Source of the DNA: an uncultured Rickettsiales bacterium
GTDB lineage: Bacteria > Pseudomonadota > Alphaproteobacteria > Rickettsiales > UBA8987
NCBI GenBank assembly: GCA_964352365.1
Contig: CAYGRX010000001.1
Coordinates: 1 to 53,291, forward strand
Direction: 5' to 3'
DNA length: 53,291 bases
Shown here: positions 9,932-21,567 of the stretch, in pieces
How positions within the stretch are numbered: the first letter of the stretch is position 1
Layout: every line of letters begins with the position of its first letter
Program-made: the position numbers and the translations under genes
Notes under the pieces: model-generated
The model's input: the letters and a program-made list of their open reading frames with translations, nothing else
The model's database searches: none
Told to the model about the DNA's origin: nothing

Positions 9932-10708
9932 TTAATGATCTTGTAACTTTACCTTTATAGGTCCTTCTGCATTTCCATGTACAAACTGATCAACATATTC
10001 ATTGCCGCTTTTATATATGTTAGCAGGGCTTCCTGTCCATATGAGTTGGCCTTCATAAATCATTGAAATTTTATCCGCGATTTTTGTGGCACTTGCCATA
10101 TCATGCGTGATAGTAACTGCCGTTGCGTTGAGCTCTTTTGTACATTTAACGATCAAATTGTTAATAACATCACTCATGATAGGATCTAGGCCAGTTGTAG
10201 GCTCATCAAAAAATATAATTTCTGGCTCAGTTGCAATTGCTCTAGCCAAGCTTATACGCTTTTGCATTCCACCACTTAGTTCTGCAGGAAATAAATCTGC
10301 AATTTCCTTGTCCATACCAACTTGCATTATTTTTTCTTCAGCGATACTTCTGGCCTTATCCCTGCTCATGCCTTCTGCATATACTAGTCCGAATGCAACA
10401 TTCTCCCAAATTGGCAAACTGTCAAACAGCGCACCACCTTGGAATAAATATCCAAATTTATGCATTATTTCATTCCTGCGTTTACCTGAAAGGTTGGAGG
10501 TCTCCTCGCCGTCAATTTTTATTGATCCACTATCTGGGTTCATAAGCCCAATTATATTTTTGATCAAAACGGATTTACCTGTCCCACTTCCGCCAATTAC
10601 CACTAATGATTCACCAGTGTTAACTTCCATATCTACTCCACGTAAAACATGTTTGTTTCCGAAGCTTTTTTTTACGCTGCTTAGCGCTATTTTAGGGGGC
10701 TTTGACAT
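9932..10708 (-). CDS. ABC transporter ATP-binding protein, MlaF-like; no permease gene adjacent
   Basis: Walker A GGSGTGKS, signature LSGGMQKR, Walker B IIFFDEPTTGLD, C-terminal FVHGNAEGP tail as in Mla-type ATPases. Confidence 0.75.
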   Translation of the reverse strand: MSKPPKIALSSVKKSFGNKHVLRGVDMEVNTGESLVVIGGSGTGKSVLIKNIIGLMNPDSGSIKIDGEETSNLSGKRRNEIMHKFGYLFQGGALFDSLPIWENVAFGLVYAEGMSRDKARSIAEEKIMQVGMDKEIADLFPAELSGGMQKRISLARAIATEPEIIFFDEPTTGLDPIMSDVINNLIVKCTKELNATAVTITHDMASATKIADKISMIYEGQLIWTGSPANIYKSGNEYVDQFVHGNAEGPIKVKLQDH

Positions 10709-10865
10709 ATTAGGTAAAATGTAATATAATTTAAATTCAAGATTTAACTAAATAGTAACTATTCTGTAACAATTTTTTGTTATAGTTAAATATAAGGTAA
10801 GAAAGTAAAATGTTCTATAATTTTATATTTTTATCTTTAAATGAAGGTAAAGAAGGAGCAATACA

Positions 10866-11111
10866 ATGCTTAAGCTAGATAAGGCTATGGGTGAAAGTAT
10901 TTCCGGATCAGGGGTTAATGGAAATGTTCAATGCGGTAAAACAAAAGTAATTCCGAGTGTGAAGGCTGTTCATGAAATCAAGAAAGATGATTTTTCAATG
11001 AAGGTTATGGACCATAATTACTATGTTCAGGAAAGGTGGGAAGATTATGAAGATCGCCATGAAACCTTTATTGAAATGGTCTATAGAAGGATCTCAGACA
11101 TCCTGCACTAG
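10866..11111 (+). CDS. 81-aa hypothetical protein
   Basis: AAGGAG SD 8 nt upstream of the ATG. Converges on lnt and overlaps its 3' end by 44 nt. No family recognised. Confidence 0.35.
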   Translation: MLKLDKAMGESISGSGVNGNVQCGKTKVIPSVKAVHEIKKDDFSMKVMDHNYYVQERWEDYEDRHETFIEMVYRRISDILH

Positions 11112-12633
11112 TTACAAATAATCCTGCTAGTAAAATAGAAATTATATTACCTGATTTTGCAAAAAATGTTTCAAAATGTAAGCTTGAGGGCAATTTTGAG
11201 TCTATAATTCCTCGTTCATTTAAGTTTTTTTGTTTTCTAACTTGCCCTAAGCTATCTATTACTGCAGATATTCCAGTATTAGCAGCTCTTATCACTGGTA
11301 TCCCTTCTTCAATTGCCCTTGCGCGTGAAATATCTAAATGCTGATAGGGGCCTTTCGAAATTCCAAACCAACCATCATTAGTAACATTTAAAATCCATTT
11401 GGGTTTAACCTTACTTTCCTTATTTACAACCTCACTAGGGAAAATTACTTCATAGCAAATTAAGGGAGAAAACGCAGGCGCATTATCTAGCTTTAAAGTT
11501 TGTGGCCCATTACCAACCCCGAAATCTTCTGAGCCGTGAATTTTAGAAATAAATGGAAGGTATTTTTTTAGCGGAACATATTCTCCAAATGGAACTAAGT
11601 GGTGTTTATCATAAAGTTGATCTTCCAATTCACCTTTAGAATTTATTATTTCAATTGAATTATAAAAATTATACTTCTCTTGGTCTTCTGAATCTTCAAA
11701 TCTTACAGTACCTAAAATTAAATATGAACTAAATGGGATTATATCTTTTAATTCCCCAAGCATTTGCGGTGACTTTCTCAAATTATATGGTGTTGCTGCT
11801 TCGGGCCAAATAATAATATCTGGAATGAATCCATCAATTTCACTTTCTGCAAGTGTTAGAGAATAATAATTATATAAATGCTCACCTGCTCTAAGGCGAT
11901 CAAATTTTTCTCTTTGTGAGATATTAGGTTGAACAACTCTAATATCAACATCTTCTTCAGTGCCTTTATATTTTGATAGTCTTTGTTCTCCCCAGTAATT
12001 TATTGTTAGCATCGCCATTAACAATGCAGAAATAAAAAACAAAGAGATTGCACTTTTTCCTACTCTTTTTTCAATGTTTCCGTTGCCATCTTTGATGTAG
12101 TTTTTAACAAAGCTATAAGGAGCGCTATAAATCAGAATGGCAAGTAAGCTCATTCCATAAAACCCTATTACCGAGCCTAGTTGCGCCAACTCAATCCTTT
12201 CAAAAAAAACATACCCCGTTAGATTCCAAGGGAAGCCAGTAAACAAATGTCCTCTTAAAATTTCAGCAAGAGTCCATGATCCCGCGAAAAACATAACTTT
12301 TGATACGCCTTGGTAACTTAGCTTTTTTGTTAGCCAGCAAACTACCGCAATATATATGCTTAGATATGCGGGAATAATGCTTACCGCAAAGGGTATAAGC
12401 CACGCGAATTTATCTGGGTCAACAAGTAGTGAGTTGCTTATCCAATATAGGCCGGTCGTGTGGTGTCCAAAGCCAAATAAAAAACCATATAAAAGCGCTT
12501 TTTTTGCGCTTTTGGCCTTGTGTATAATTAGAAGCAAACCAGATAGGCTAACGAAACCAAGCCAAAACCAATAATATGGAGTTAGACAGAAAGTAAGTAA
12601 AGATCCTAATATAAATGATAAAATTGAAAACAT
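11068..12633 (-). CDS. lnt: apolipoprotein N-acyltransferase
   Basis: N-terminal polytopic membrane domain plus C-terminal CN-hydrolase domain (IIWPEAA, ICYEVIFP, NDGWFG). Confidence 0.85.
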   Translation of the reverse strand: MFSILSFILGSLLTFCLTPYYWFWLGFVSLSGLLLIIHKAKSAKKALLYGFLFGFGHHTTGLYWISNSLLVDPDKFAWLIPFAVSIIPAYLSIYIAVVCWLTKKLSYQGVSKVMFFAGSWTLAEILRGHLFTGFPWNLTGYVFFERIELAQLGSVIGFYGMSLLAILIYSAPYSFVKNYIKDGNGNIEKRVGKSAISLFFISALLMAMLTINYWGEQRLSKYKGTEEDVDIRVVQPNISQREKFDRLRAGEHLYNYYSLTLAESEIDGFIPDIIIWPEAATPYNLRKSPQMLGELKDIIPFSSYLILGTVRFEDSEDQEKYNFYNSIEIINSKGELEDQLYDKHHLVPFGEYVPLKKYLPFISKIHGSEDFGVGNGPQTLKLDNAPAFSPLICYEVIFPSEVVNKESKVKPKWILNVTNDGWFGISKGPYQHLDISRARAIEEGIPVIRAANTGISAVIDSLGQVRKQKNLNERGIIDSKLPSSLHFETFFAKSGNIISILLAGLFVTSAGCLRSFYRPFQ

Positions 12634-12674
12634 TTGAAACGCAATAAAATTGCTTAAATTTAATAGTATAATTC

Positions 12675-14456
12675 TTAAGCTATAATCACATCTTCTATAA
12701 TGAATTCAACGCTTTGTCTGCCTTGCCATTCATTTTTCTTGCATTTTCCAAGGATAGATGATGTTTTCATGTTTGCGGCGAGCAAACCATTACCTAGATC
12801 AGTTCCTATTGCATTGAAGCAAATGGCTTTAATTGCCTGTCCTCTCCCACCACTAACGTCATTATTATTTATATGAAAAGCTATATGCTTCTCACTATAA
12901 ATTTTCATGTTAGCTAGTTTAATATTTTCTAAAATAACCCTTGGCTCACTATTACCCATTCCATAGGGAGCAAGATTTTCAAGGTCATTAAGTAAGTCAA
13001 TATTTAAACTATTTGGACTTAAAACTAAATCGGCTTTCAAGCTATTGTCATTGGAGTATTCAGAGTATTCTTTTTCAACTTCACTGCAAAAAAACTTATA
13101 AAGTTCGTTAAGTTTACCCGCCTCCACAGTAAATCCTCCAGCTGCCTTATGGCCACCACCATTTAACAATATACCTTTAGTTTTTGCATTCGTTATAGCT
13201 CGACCAATATCAACTTTGCCAACGCTTCGTGCGCTAGCCTTTCCAATCTGGTTCTCATCAATTGCTATAACGGCAGTTGGTTTGTTGAATTGCTCCTTTA
13301 TTCTGCCTGCGACAATTCCAATAACGCCAGGGTGCCAATTTTTACTCTTAACCATAATAAATGGTTTATCTTTTGTCTGTTTTTCAGCTTGCTCAAGAGC
13401 TTCTTCCAAAGTTTCTTTTTCAATTTCTTGACGTTCTTTATTAAGTCCATCTAAAATAGTTGCAATTTCCATTGCTGTTTCTGCGCAGTCGGTTGAAAGT
13501 AGGTCTGAACCAAGTTTGCAATTCCCAATTCTGCCGCCTGCATTTATTCTCGGGCCAATAATAAAGCCGAGAGTATAAACATCAGGTTTTCTATCAAGTT
13601 CTGTTAGTTTTATTAAGGCGTTAATGCCTGCATTTTTGCTATTTGCCATGATTTTTAGGCCTTGAGTAACAAAAGCTCTATTTAGTCCCGTTAAAGTCAT
13701 TACGTCACAAACTGTACCTAGTGCAACTAAATCAAGATAGTTAACAATATCTGGTTCACTTTTATAATTATAGAAACCTTCTTCCTTTAGCTTTCTATTT
13801 AGCGCAATTACTAGAAGGAAAGCTACACCAGCAGCACATAAATTAGTTAAATCGGTTTTTTCATCAAACCTATTTGGGTTAACTATAGCTACTGCTTCAG
13901 GCATTGTTGATGTGCTTATATGGTGATCAATAACTATTATTTCTAAGCTGGCTTCTTTTGCTGCCTTTATTGGCTCGAAGCTAACCACTCCACAATCCAC
14001 GGTTATAACTAAGTCCGCACCTTCTTTCTTTAGCTTGAGTAGGGCATCTGTGTTCAAGCCATAGCCTTCATTTATTCTGTCTGGTATATATGTTTTGTTT
14101 TTAACTTTTAGATGATCGAAAAAACGTCTTAAAATAGCGCTACTAGTAGCGCCGTCTACATCATAATCTCCATAGATGATAATATTTTCATCATTTTTAA
14201 TGGAGTTTAAAATTCTATCTACAGCCTTATTCATATCAATAAGGCTACTTGGGTCAGGAAGTAAATTTTTTAACTTTGGGCTTAAAAAATCATCAACATT
14301 ATCAAGTTCAACGTTCTTAACACATAACATTCTTGAAACTATATCAGAAACTCCATATTTTTGTCCAATAGCTAGGGCTTGGCTTTCATTGAAATCTTTT
14401 AGTTGCCAAACTTTTCCTTTTGCGGAAAGTTTATTTGTGAACATATATTCTTGCAT
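12675..14456 (-). CDS. recJ: single-stranded-DNA-specific exonuclease RecJ
   Basis: DHH motifs IYGDYDVDGATS, ITVDCG, VIDHH and DHHA1 GGGHKAAGG. Confidence 0.9.
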   Translation of the reverse strand: MQEYMFTNKLSAKGKVWQLKDFNESQALAIGQKYGVSDIVSRMLCVKNVELDNVDDFLSPKLKNLLPDPSSLIDMNKAVDRILNSIKNDENIIIYGDYDVDGATSSAILRRFFDHLKVKNKTYIPDRINEGYGLNTDALLKLKKEGADLVITVDCGVVSFEPIKAAKEASLEIIVIDHHISTSTMPEAVAIVNPNRFDEKTDLTNLCAAGVAFLLVIALNRKLKEEGFYNYKSEPDIVNYLDLVALGTVCDVMTLTGLNRAFVTQGLKIMANSKNAGINALIKLTELDRKPDVYTLGFIIGPRINAGGRIGNCKLGSDLLSTDCAETAMEIATILDGLNKERQEIEKETLEEALEQAEKQTKDKPFIMVKSKNWHPGVIGIVAGRIKEQFNKPTAVIAIDENQIGKASARSVGKVDIGRAITNAKTKGILLNGGGHKAAGGFTVEAGKLNELYKFFCSEVEKEYSEYSNDNSLKADLVLSPNSLNIDLLNDLENLAPYGMGNSEPRVILENIKLANMKIYSEKHIAFHINNNDVSGGRGQAIKAICFNAIGTDLGNGLLAANMKTSSILGKCKKNEWQGRQSVEFIIEDVIIA

Positions 14457-14612
14457 GATAAATATTATACATCTAAAAATAGTTTGTAATACCTAGAATT
14501 TTACTTTGTAGACAAATAAAATCTTTAGGTGTTACCCTGTGCTTGTCACGGGGCTATTTCTCAATAATTATAACCCTGTTAGAAAAACAGGGTGACAAAA
14601 TAAGGTATAGTT

Positions 14613-15248
14613 TTGGCAAAAATAAATAGAAAAGGTTTAATGTTGGTTTTGTCATCTCCTTCTGGAGCTGGTAAAAGCACAATAGCGCGTGCAATTTTGG
14701 AGCGTGATCCGCATATATATATGTCAGTTTCAGCAACAACACGTAAGGCTAGATCAGGTGAAGAAGATGGCCTTGATTACTTTTTTATTACAGAGCGCGA
14801 GTTTTTAGAGCAAGCAATGGATAACCAATTTCTGGAGCATGCAGAGGTATTTGGTAATATGTACGGCACTCCCAGAAAGCCAGTTTATGAAAAGCTTGAT
14901 AATGGTAAGGATGTTCTTTTTGATATTGATTGGCAAGGAACTGAGCAATTAAAAAAGAAGTGTAAAAAAGATGTGGTTTCAATTTTTATCCTTCCTCCAA
15001 CAATGCAAGAGCTTGAGTCACGTTTGCGTAATCGTGGGCAAGATAAAGAAGAGGTTATTCAAAATAGAATGTCAAAAGCATCTAATGAAATTTCCCATTG
15101 GGATTCCTATGATTATATTTTGATTAATAAAGATTTGGATGAAACTATTGAAAAAGTTCATAATATCTTGAAGGCAGAGCGTTCGAATAAACGCCGTCTT
15201 GCTGGTATGAAGGAATTTGTAGATAGTAAACTACTAAATATTAAGTAG
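14613..15248 (+). CDS. gmk: guanylate kinase
   Basis: P-loop SSPSGAGKST, TTRKARSGEEDGLDYFF. TTG at 14613 or ATG at 14640 as start. Confidence 0.9.
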   Translation: MAKINRKGLMLVLSSPSGAGKSTIARAILERDPHIYMSVSATTRKARSGEEDGLDYFFITEREFLEQAMDNQFLEHAEVFGNMYGTPRKPVYEKLDNGKDVLFDIDWQGTEQLKKKCKKDVVSIFILPPTMQELESRLRNRGQDKEEVIQNRMSKASNEISHWDSYDYILINKDLDETIEKVHNILKAERSNKRRLAGMKEFVDSKLLNIK

Positions 15249-15317
15249 TTAATATAAAGCGCGCACTTGTTGCAGTGCTAATTATAGTTTATATAGAAAA
15301 AAACAAAATTTAAAATC

Positions 15318-16145
15318 ATGACACAAAATACTATATCAGTTGGAAATATTAAAATATCTAATAATTTGCCGTTTGCTCTAATTTCAGGGCCTTGCCAGGT
15401 TGAAAGCCGTGATCATGCGATGAAAACTTGCGAAACTCTTGTTGAAATTACAACCAAATTAAACATTCCTTTCATTTACAAAAGTTCCTTTGATAAGGCG
15501 AATCGCACTTCAATTAAATCTCAACGAGGTTTAGGTCTTGATAAAACCCTTCCTATTTTTGAGGAAATTAAAAGCACATTTGGTTGCCCAGTTTTAACGG
15601 ATGTTCATAATGAAGAGCAGACTAAAATTGCTGGTGAGGTAGTTGATGTATTACAAATCCCTGCATTTTTATGCCGTCAGACAGATTTACTTGTTGCCGC
15701 TGCGAACACAGGTAAAGTAGTTAATGTTAAAAAGGGACAATTTTTAGCGCCATGGGATATGAAAAACGTAGTGCAGAAAATTGTGGACTCAGGCAATAGC
15801 AATGTTCTTGTTACTGACCGTGGTACAAGTTTTGGCTATAACACATTAGTTTCTGATTTTAGAGGGCTTCCAACAATGGCGGAGCAAACAAAAATGCCTG
15901 TTATTTTTGATGCAACTCACTCAATCCAACAACCTGGTGGACAGGGCGGAACATCTGGCGGAGAGCGTAAATTTGTTGAAGTTCTTGCGCGTGCCGCTGT
16001 TGCGGTTGGTGTGGCAGGTTTATTTATGGAGTCTCACCAAGACCCAGACAATGCGCCATCTGATGGGCCATGCATGGTTCGCCTTGATAATCTGGAAGAA
16101 ATGCTAAAACGTTTGCAAGCTTATGATGAAATAACTAAGGGTTAA
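15318..16145 (+). CDS. kdsA: 2-dehydro-3-deoxyphosphooctonate aldolase (KDO-8-P synthase)
   Basis: [30 protein letters not shown], full-length match to the KdsA layout. Confidence 0.9.
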   Translation: MTQNTISVGNIKISNNLPFALISGPCQVESRDHAMKTCETLVEITTKLNIPFIYKSSFDKANRTSIKSQRGLGLDKTLPIFEEIKSTFGCPVLTDVHNEEQTKIAGEVVDVLQIPAFLCRQTDLLVAAANTGKVVNVKKGQFLAPWDMKNVVQKIVDSGNSNVLVTDRGTSFGYNTLVSDFRGLPTMAEQTKMPVIFDATHSIQQPGGQGGTSGGERKFVEVLARAAVAVGVAGLFMESHQDPDNAPSDGPCMVRLDNLEEMLKRLQAYDEITKG

Positions 16146-16395
16146 GTTTTGGAGGTTTGTTTTTTTCATTAAAAGCTGGCTTTACAGTTTGGCTAGTGAT
16201 TTGAGTGTTTTTTACTTCTGAAAAGTTTACAATCGATTTATATCTTCTTTCAAAAATATCTGGATTCATTATCAAAGCTTCGATATCTAAACCAACTGTT
16301 TTATTAAAGTCATTTATGGCAAAATAACCCTTGTTATAAGCTAATGCTTTGCTGATAATATCAGCGCATGAAGCATTTCCCCTGCTATATGGCAT
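16135..16395 (-). CDS. 86-aa hypothetical ORF, possibly the 3' fragment of the decayed gene upstream
   Basis: Follows the 16404-16889 ORF in a different frame after a TAATAA stop pair. No family recognised. Confidence 0.3.
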   Translation of the reverse strand: MPYSRGNASCADIISKALAYNKGYFAINDFNKTVGLDIEALIMNPDIFERRYKSIVNFSEVKNTQITSQTVKPAFNEKNKPPKLNP

Positions 16396-16403
16396 AACAG
16401 TTA

Positions 16404-16889
16404 TTAGCCCGTAGTGTAGTTTGGAAATAGGCTAGTTTTGTTTTCTGATTTTAAAGAGTTTATGTAGAGTTCATCTAGTTTACTAATGAACTTCATTCCT
16501 TCGAATGCTGCGGAGAATGTATTTTCTGACAACCTAACTTTATGATTTGGAAATTCAATTATTTTATTATTTTGATCATGGTTTTTATTGATATATTTAA
16601 TTATAAACTTAATTCCTTCCGGAAAATAATTTTCATCTATTTTTAATGTTCTACCTTGTTCATTAAGCTCTCCGAACATAGAAGACATACTTTGCTTGTT
16701 AGCAATTTGAGAGCGTATTTCCCCAGTATATAAGATTAAATCTTTAAAGCTGTTATTTTCAGTGATAAACTGCTATATATTTAAACACGCTTTGTAACAC
16801 TCTTCTGACCACACCTTTTGATTTCTATCTTGATGATCATCTCTATGTGGATTTCTAAAAGATAGTTTAAACAATTCTAATTCTGTCAT
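16404..16889 (-). pseudogene. unknown-function gene interrupted by an in-frame TAG
   Basis: The ATG at 16887-16889 opens a 38-codon frame (MTELELFKLSFRNPHRDDHQ...ACLNI) that hits TAG at 16773-16775. The same frame then continues into the 94-aa ORF 16404-16688. Confidence 0.45.
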
Positions 16890-16973
16890 TCAAAGTTTCT
16901 GCCCAAAAGCCGTTGCAAAGCTTTATTAATTAATTTAAAACTACTATCACAATACACTATAAAAGTTAAATAA

Positions 16974-18887
<1,914 letters not shown>

Positions 18888-18901
18888 TTTTTTAAGTTTG
18901 G

Positions 18902-18921
18902 ATTCCCGCCTCCGCGGGAAT
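18902..18921. repeat. GC-rich palindromic element, copy 1 (ATTCCCGC-CTCC-GCGGGAAT)
   Basis: Perfect 8-bp stem with a 4-nt loop in an AT-rich context. Same core as the copy at 19278 and near-identical to the copy at 19330. Confidence 0.8.
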
Positions 18922-18942
18922 GACTAGAAAGGGGTAAGGATA

Positions 18943-19272
18943 ATGGAATTAAAAGAATTTATAGAACAAACATTGAAGCAAATAGATTAAGGGATTACTT
19001 CATCAAAAAGCGACCTAGCTTCTATAATAATTTCTCCATATGATTCTAAAGGTGGAAGCGCATATTCAGGAGTTGGAGATTCTGGTCATGTTGTAAAGGA
19101 AGTTGATTTTGATATTGCTATAAATGCTTCTGATAAAATTAATGGTGGTGCAAAGGCAGGGCTAAAAATATTAGGTGTTGATAGTAATGTTTCTAAGGAA
19201 AATAGTAATGTTAGTAGAATCAAATTTTCTGTTCCTATAGGAATAATTAGAAGTAAAAAAAGTAACCCTTAA
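18943..19272 (+). pseudogene. trypco2-like small protein gene with in-frame TAA
   Basis: MELKEFIEQTLKQID-stop(18988-18990)-GITSSKSD...VKEVDFDIAINASDKINGGAKAGLKILGVD...SRIKFSVPIGI. The N-terminal helix and C-terminal RIKFxVP pattern recall the trypco2 family. Family assignment is from memory. Confidence 0.5.
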
Positions 19273-19277
19273 ATTTC

Positions 19278-19297
19278 ATTCCCGCGAAGGCGGGAAT
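19278..19297. repeat. GC-rich palindromic element, copy 2 (ATTCCCGC-GAAG-GCGGGAAT)
   Basis: Perfect 8-bp stem, starting 6 nt after the trypco2-like stop. Confidence 0.8.
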
Positions 19298-19329
19298 CTA
19301 AGGGCTGACATAAAGAAAGGATTTTTTGG

Positions 19330-19349
19330 ATCTCCGCCTCCGCGGAGAT
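19330..19349. repeat. GC-rich palindromic element, copy 3 (ATCTCCGC-CTCC-GCGGAGAT)
   Basis: Same architecture and same loop as copy 1, with compensatory changes in both stem arms. Confidence 0.75.
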
Positions 19350-19390
19350 GATAACACTAAATTGCAAGCTAGAACCCCAAAAACTTAACT

Positions 19391-19680
19391 ATGCAAAAAA
19401 CCTATTATGTCTATATTCTTGCATCTAAGCCCAACGGCACTTTATATATTGGTGTAACCTCTGACCTATATAGAAGGGTATTTGAACATCGTGAAAAAAT
19501 CAACGAAGGGTTTACCAAAAATATAACGTTAATAAATTAGTTTATTACGAAGAATATAAGGATGTAAACGAAGCTATAAGCCGAGAAAAAGCCGTGAAAA
19601 AGTGGAATAGAGATTGGAAATTAAAAAGAATAAATGAATTTAACCCTAAGTGGCTTGATTTGTTTGAAAATACTTTATAG
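19391..19680 (+). pseudogene. GIY-YIG (URI-domain) small nuclease gene with a -1 frameshift
   Basis: MQKTYYVYILASKPNGTLYIGVTSDLYRRVFEHREKINEGFTK then a stop. The next frame reads YNVNKLVYYEEYKDVNEAISREKAVKKWNRDWKLKRINEFNPKWLDLFE. The shift lies in the A-run at 19517-19521. Confidence 0.8.
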
Positions 19681-19718
19681 ATTGAATCCTTACTTTGCTT
19701 AAAACAATGTTAAAATAA

Positions 19719-20276
19719 ATGAAAAAAATTATACTAACATCACTAATAGCTTTTAGTTCAATTTCAGCTTCGGCAGAGAATTTGAATGAGGGAGATTCAT
19801 CTATCCACTTACATCTTGGTGGGTTTTCTTACCATTTTTCTGATAGGGCTAATGGGCAAAACTATAATGAAAATCATAAAAATATTGGACTGGAATATGA
19901 GTCTAAATTCAATTACTTAGATGAATATCTTAAGGGGTCTGATTATTTTGCGGGAGACTATTATTTTAGTTTTTTAGGTCAATATTTAGATAATAGTTTG
20001 GGTAATGATTCTGCTCTTTTAGCTGTCGGTCTTAAACGTAAATGGAATTTAGACTATGAAGAAAATTGGAAGTTTGGTTTAGGTTTTGTTGCAGGTTTTC
20101 AAAGTGGGTACCCAAAACAATCAAAGGGAAGAAGTAAAGACGAATTTGTTCCTGTAGCATATCCGTTGGCTGAAATTTCATATAAAAACTTTACGGTTTA
20201 TGGTTCAATAGTTCCGAAAATTCATACTAGTGGTTTTGCAATTGTTGGGTTTAAATATAAATTGTTTGACCTATAA
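19719..20276 (+). CDS. outer-membrane beta-barrel protein, PagP-like (lipid A palmitoyltransferase family, tentative)
   Basis: Signal peptide, YNENHKNIGLEY, FGLGFVAGF, and a C-terminal aromatic-ending strand KYKLFDL. Size and motif order resemble PagP. Confidence 0.45.
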   Translation: MKKIILTSLIAFSSISASAENLNEGDSSIHLHLGGFSYHFSDRANGQNYNENHKNIGLEYESKFNYLDEYLKGSDYFAGDYYFSFLGQYLDNSLGNDSALLAVGLKRKWNLDYEENWKFGLGFVAGFQSGYPKQSKGRSKDEFVPVAYPLAEISYKNFTVYGSIVPKIHTSGFAIVGFKYKLFDL

Positions 20277-20315
20277 CATTGCCTACATAAAATAATTAAA
20301 AAATTAGAGGGAGAG

Positions 20316-20633
20316 ATGAAAAAAGTTTTTGTAATAGATTTAAAATATTTGGTACCGCTTGAGCAAGTTGATAAGCATTTGATCGCACATCGTGAATATT
20401 TAGATTCGGGTTATAAATCTGGTTTATTGCTAATGAGTGGTCGTAAAGATCCTGTTACTGGTGGTGTTATTATTGGAACATTTCCATCGGTTTGGGATGC
20501 TAAAGATTTCATGAAGCAAGATCCTTTTGTTAAAGAATCTGTTGCAGAATATAAGATTACAGAATTTACTCCTGTTAAATATAATGAATCTTTTAAAGAC
20601 GCGCTTGGAGTACCTGATTTAAAAGCTGTTTAG
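20316..20633 (+). CDS. YciI-family protein
   Basis: ~100 aa; HLIAHREYLDSGYKSGLLLMSGR...DPF pattern typical of YCII domains. Confidence 0.7.
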   Translation: MKKVFVIDLKYLVPLEQVDKHLIAHREYLDSGYKSGLLLMSGRKDPVTGGVIIGTFPSVWDAKDFMKQDPFVKESVAEYKITEFTPVKYNESFKDALGVPDLKAV

Positions 20634-20668
20634 TTTTGTGTGGTGGTTAATTTCTATAGGAAATATAA

Positions 20669-21007
20669 ATGAAAGTATATGGTATCAAAAATTGTAACTC
20701 AGTTAAAAAGTCATTGGAATTTTTAGACTCTAAGGGAATTAATTATGAGTTTATTGATGTTAAAAAAAATGCGCCTGAAAAGTCTATAGTTGAAAACTGG
20801 GTTAATTCTAAAGGGGCTGATATAGTGATTAATAAAAAGGGTATGATGTGGCGAAAGTTGCCAGCAAATACTCGTGAAAAAGATCTTACAAAAAATGAAG
20901 CTGTTAGGCTTGCCTTGGAAACTCCAACAATGGTAAAAAGGCCAGTAGTTGAGAGTGATGGTGAAATTTTTATAGGCTTTGATGAGATTAGCAAAAAATT
21001 CGTATAA
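20669..21007 (+). CDS. ArsC/Spx/YffB-family thioredoxin-fold protein
   Basis: MKVYGIKNCNSVKKSLEFLDSKGINYEFIDVKK N-terminus with the conserved Cys. Confidence 0.8.
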   Translation: MKVYGIKNCNSVKKSLEFLDSKGINYEFIDVKKNAPEKSIVENWVNSKGADIVINKKGMMWRKLPANTREKDLTKNEAVRLALETPTMVKRPVVESDGEIFIGFDEISKKFV

Positions 21008-21028
21008 GCTTAACAAATTTTTATTTTT

Positions 21029-21370
21029 TTAATAGTAATGATGTAAATAGTCTAAGTTTCCCTTTTTAGGGGTTTCTTGTGCTTGTATATTATTATTGTT
21101 GTTTATGTAGCTATTTCCTCTGTAATAGTTGCCCCTATAATAGTTTTGTTTCTGTTGGCCATAATAGATACTATTAGGTCTGTTTATATAATATTGAGAT
21201 TGGTTATTATTATAATAAGCAGGGTTGGCTTGGTTATTGTAATTTATATTTTCCTTAGCATAGTCTCGATAATATACTTCTTTTGCAAGGGCCTCTTGAG
21301 GTGAGGGTGATGCTAAAAAAGTTACAGCAATTACCAAAAGTAATTTATGACTTATTTTATTATTTGACAT
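21029..21370 (-). CDS. secreted Asn/Tyr-rich low-complexity protein
   Basis: Signal peptide followed by YYNNNQSQYYINRPNSIYYGQQKQNYYRGNYYRGNSYINNNNN. Confidence 0.5.
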   Translation of the reverse strand: MSNNKISHKLLLVIAVTFLASPSPQEALAKEVYYRDYAKENINYNNQANPAYYNNNQSQYYINRPNSIYYGQQKQNYYRGNYYRGNSYINNNNNIQAQETPKKGNLDYLHHYY

Positions 21371-21567
21371 GTATCACGCTTCTATTTATTTTTGTCGAGA
21401 GGTTTAAATTATCGATAAATTGATAAGCTTTTAAAATTCGGGAAATTAATATACTAAAAGTTGTAAAAATATCAACCTTTAGTGTTTTTAATTTATTTTA
21501 AATTCGAAGCATAATTAACCTAATTTATACTAAGTTATTAAAAACTAGTTAAATTTTTAAGGTTTTT

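Noticed and set aside
9932-10708. Mla operon
   Set aside because: Only the ATPase is present, with no mlaE/mlaD-like genes on either side. It is reported as an orphan ABC ATPase rather than a transport locus.
10086-10724. 212-aa plus-strand ORF
   Set aside because: It lies entirely antisense to the well-conserved ABC ATPase gene. It has the S/I/L-rich composition typical of a mirror frame and no motifs.
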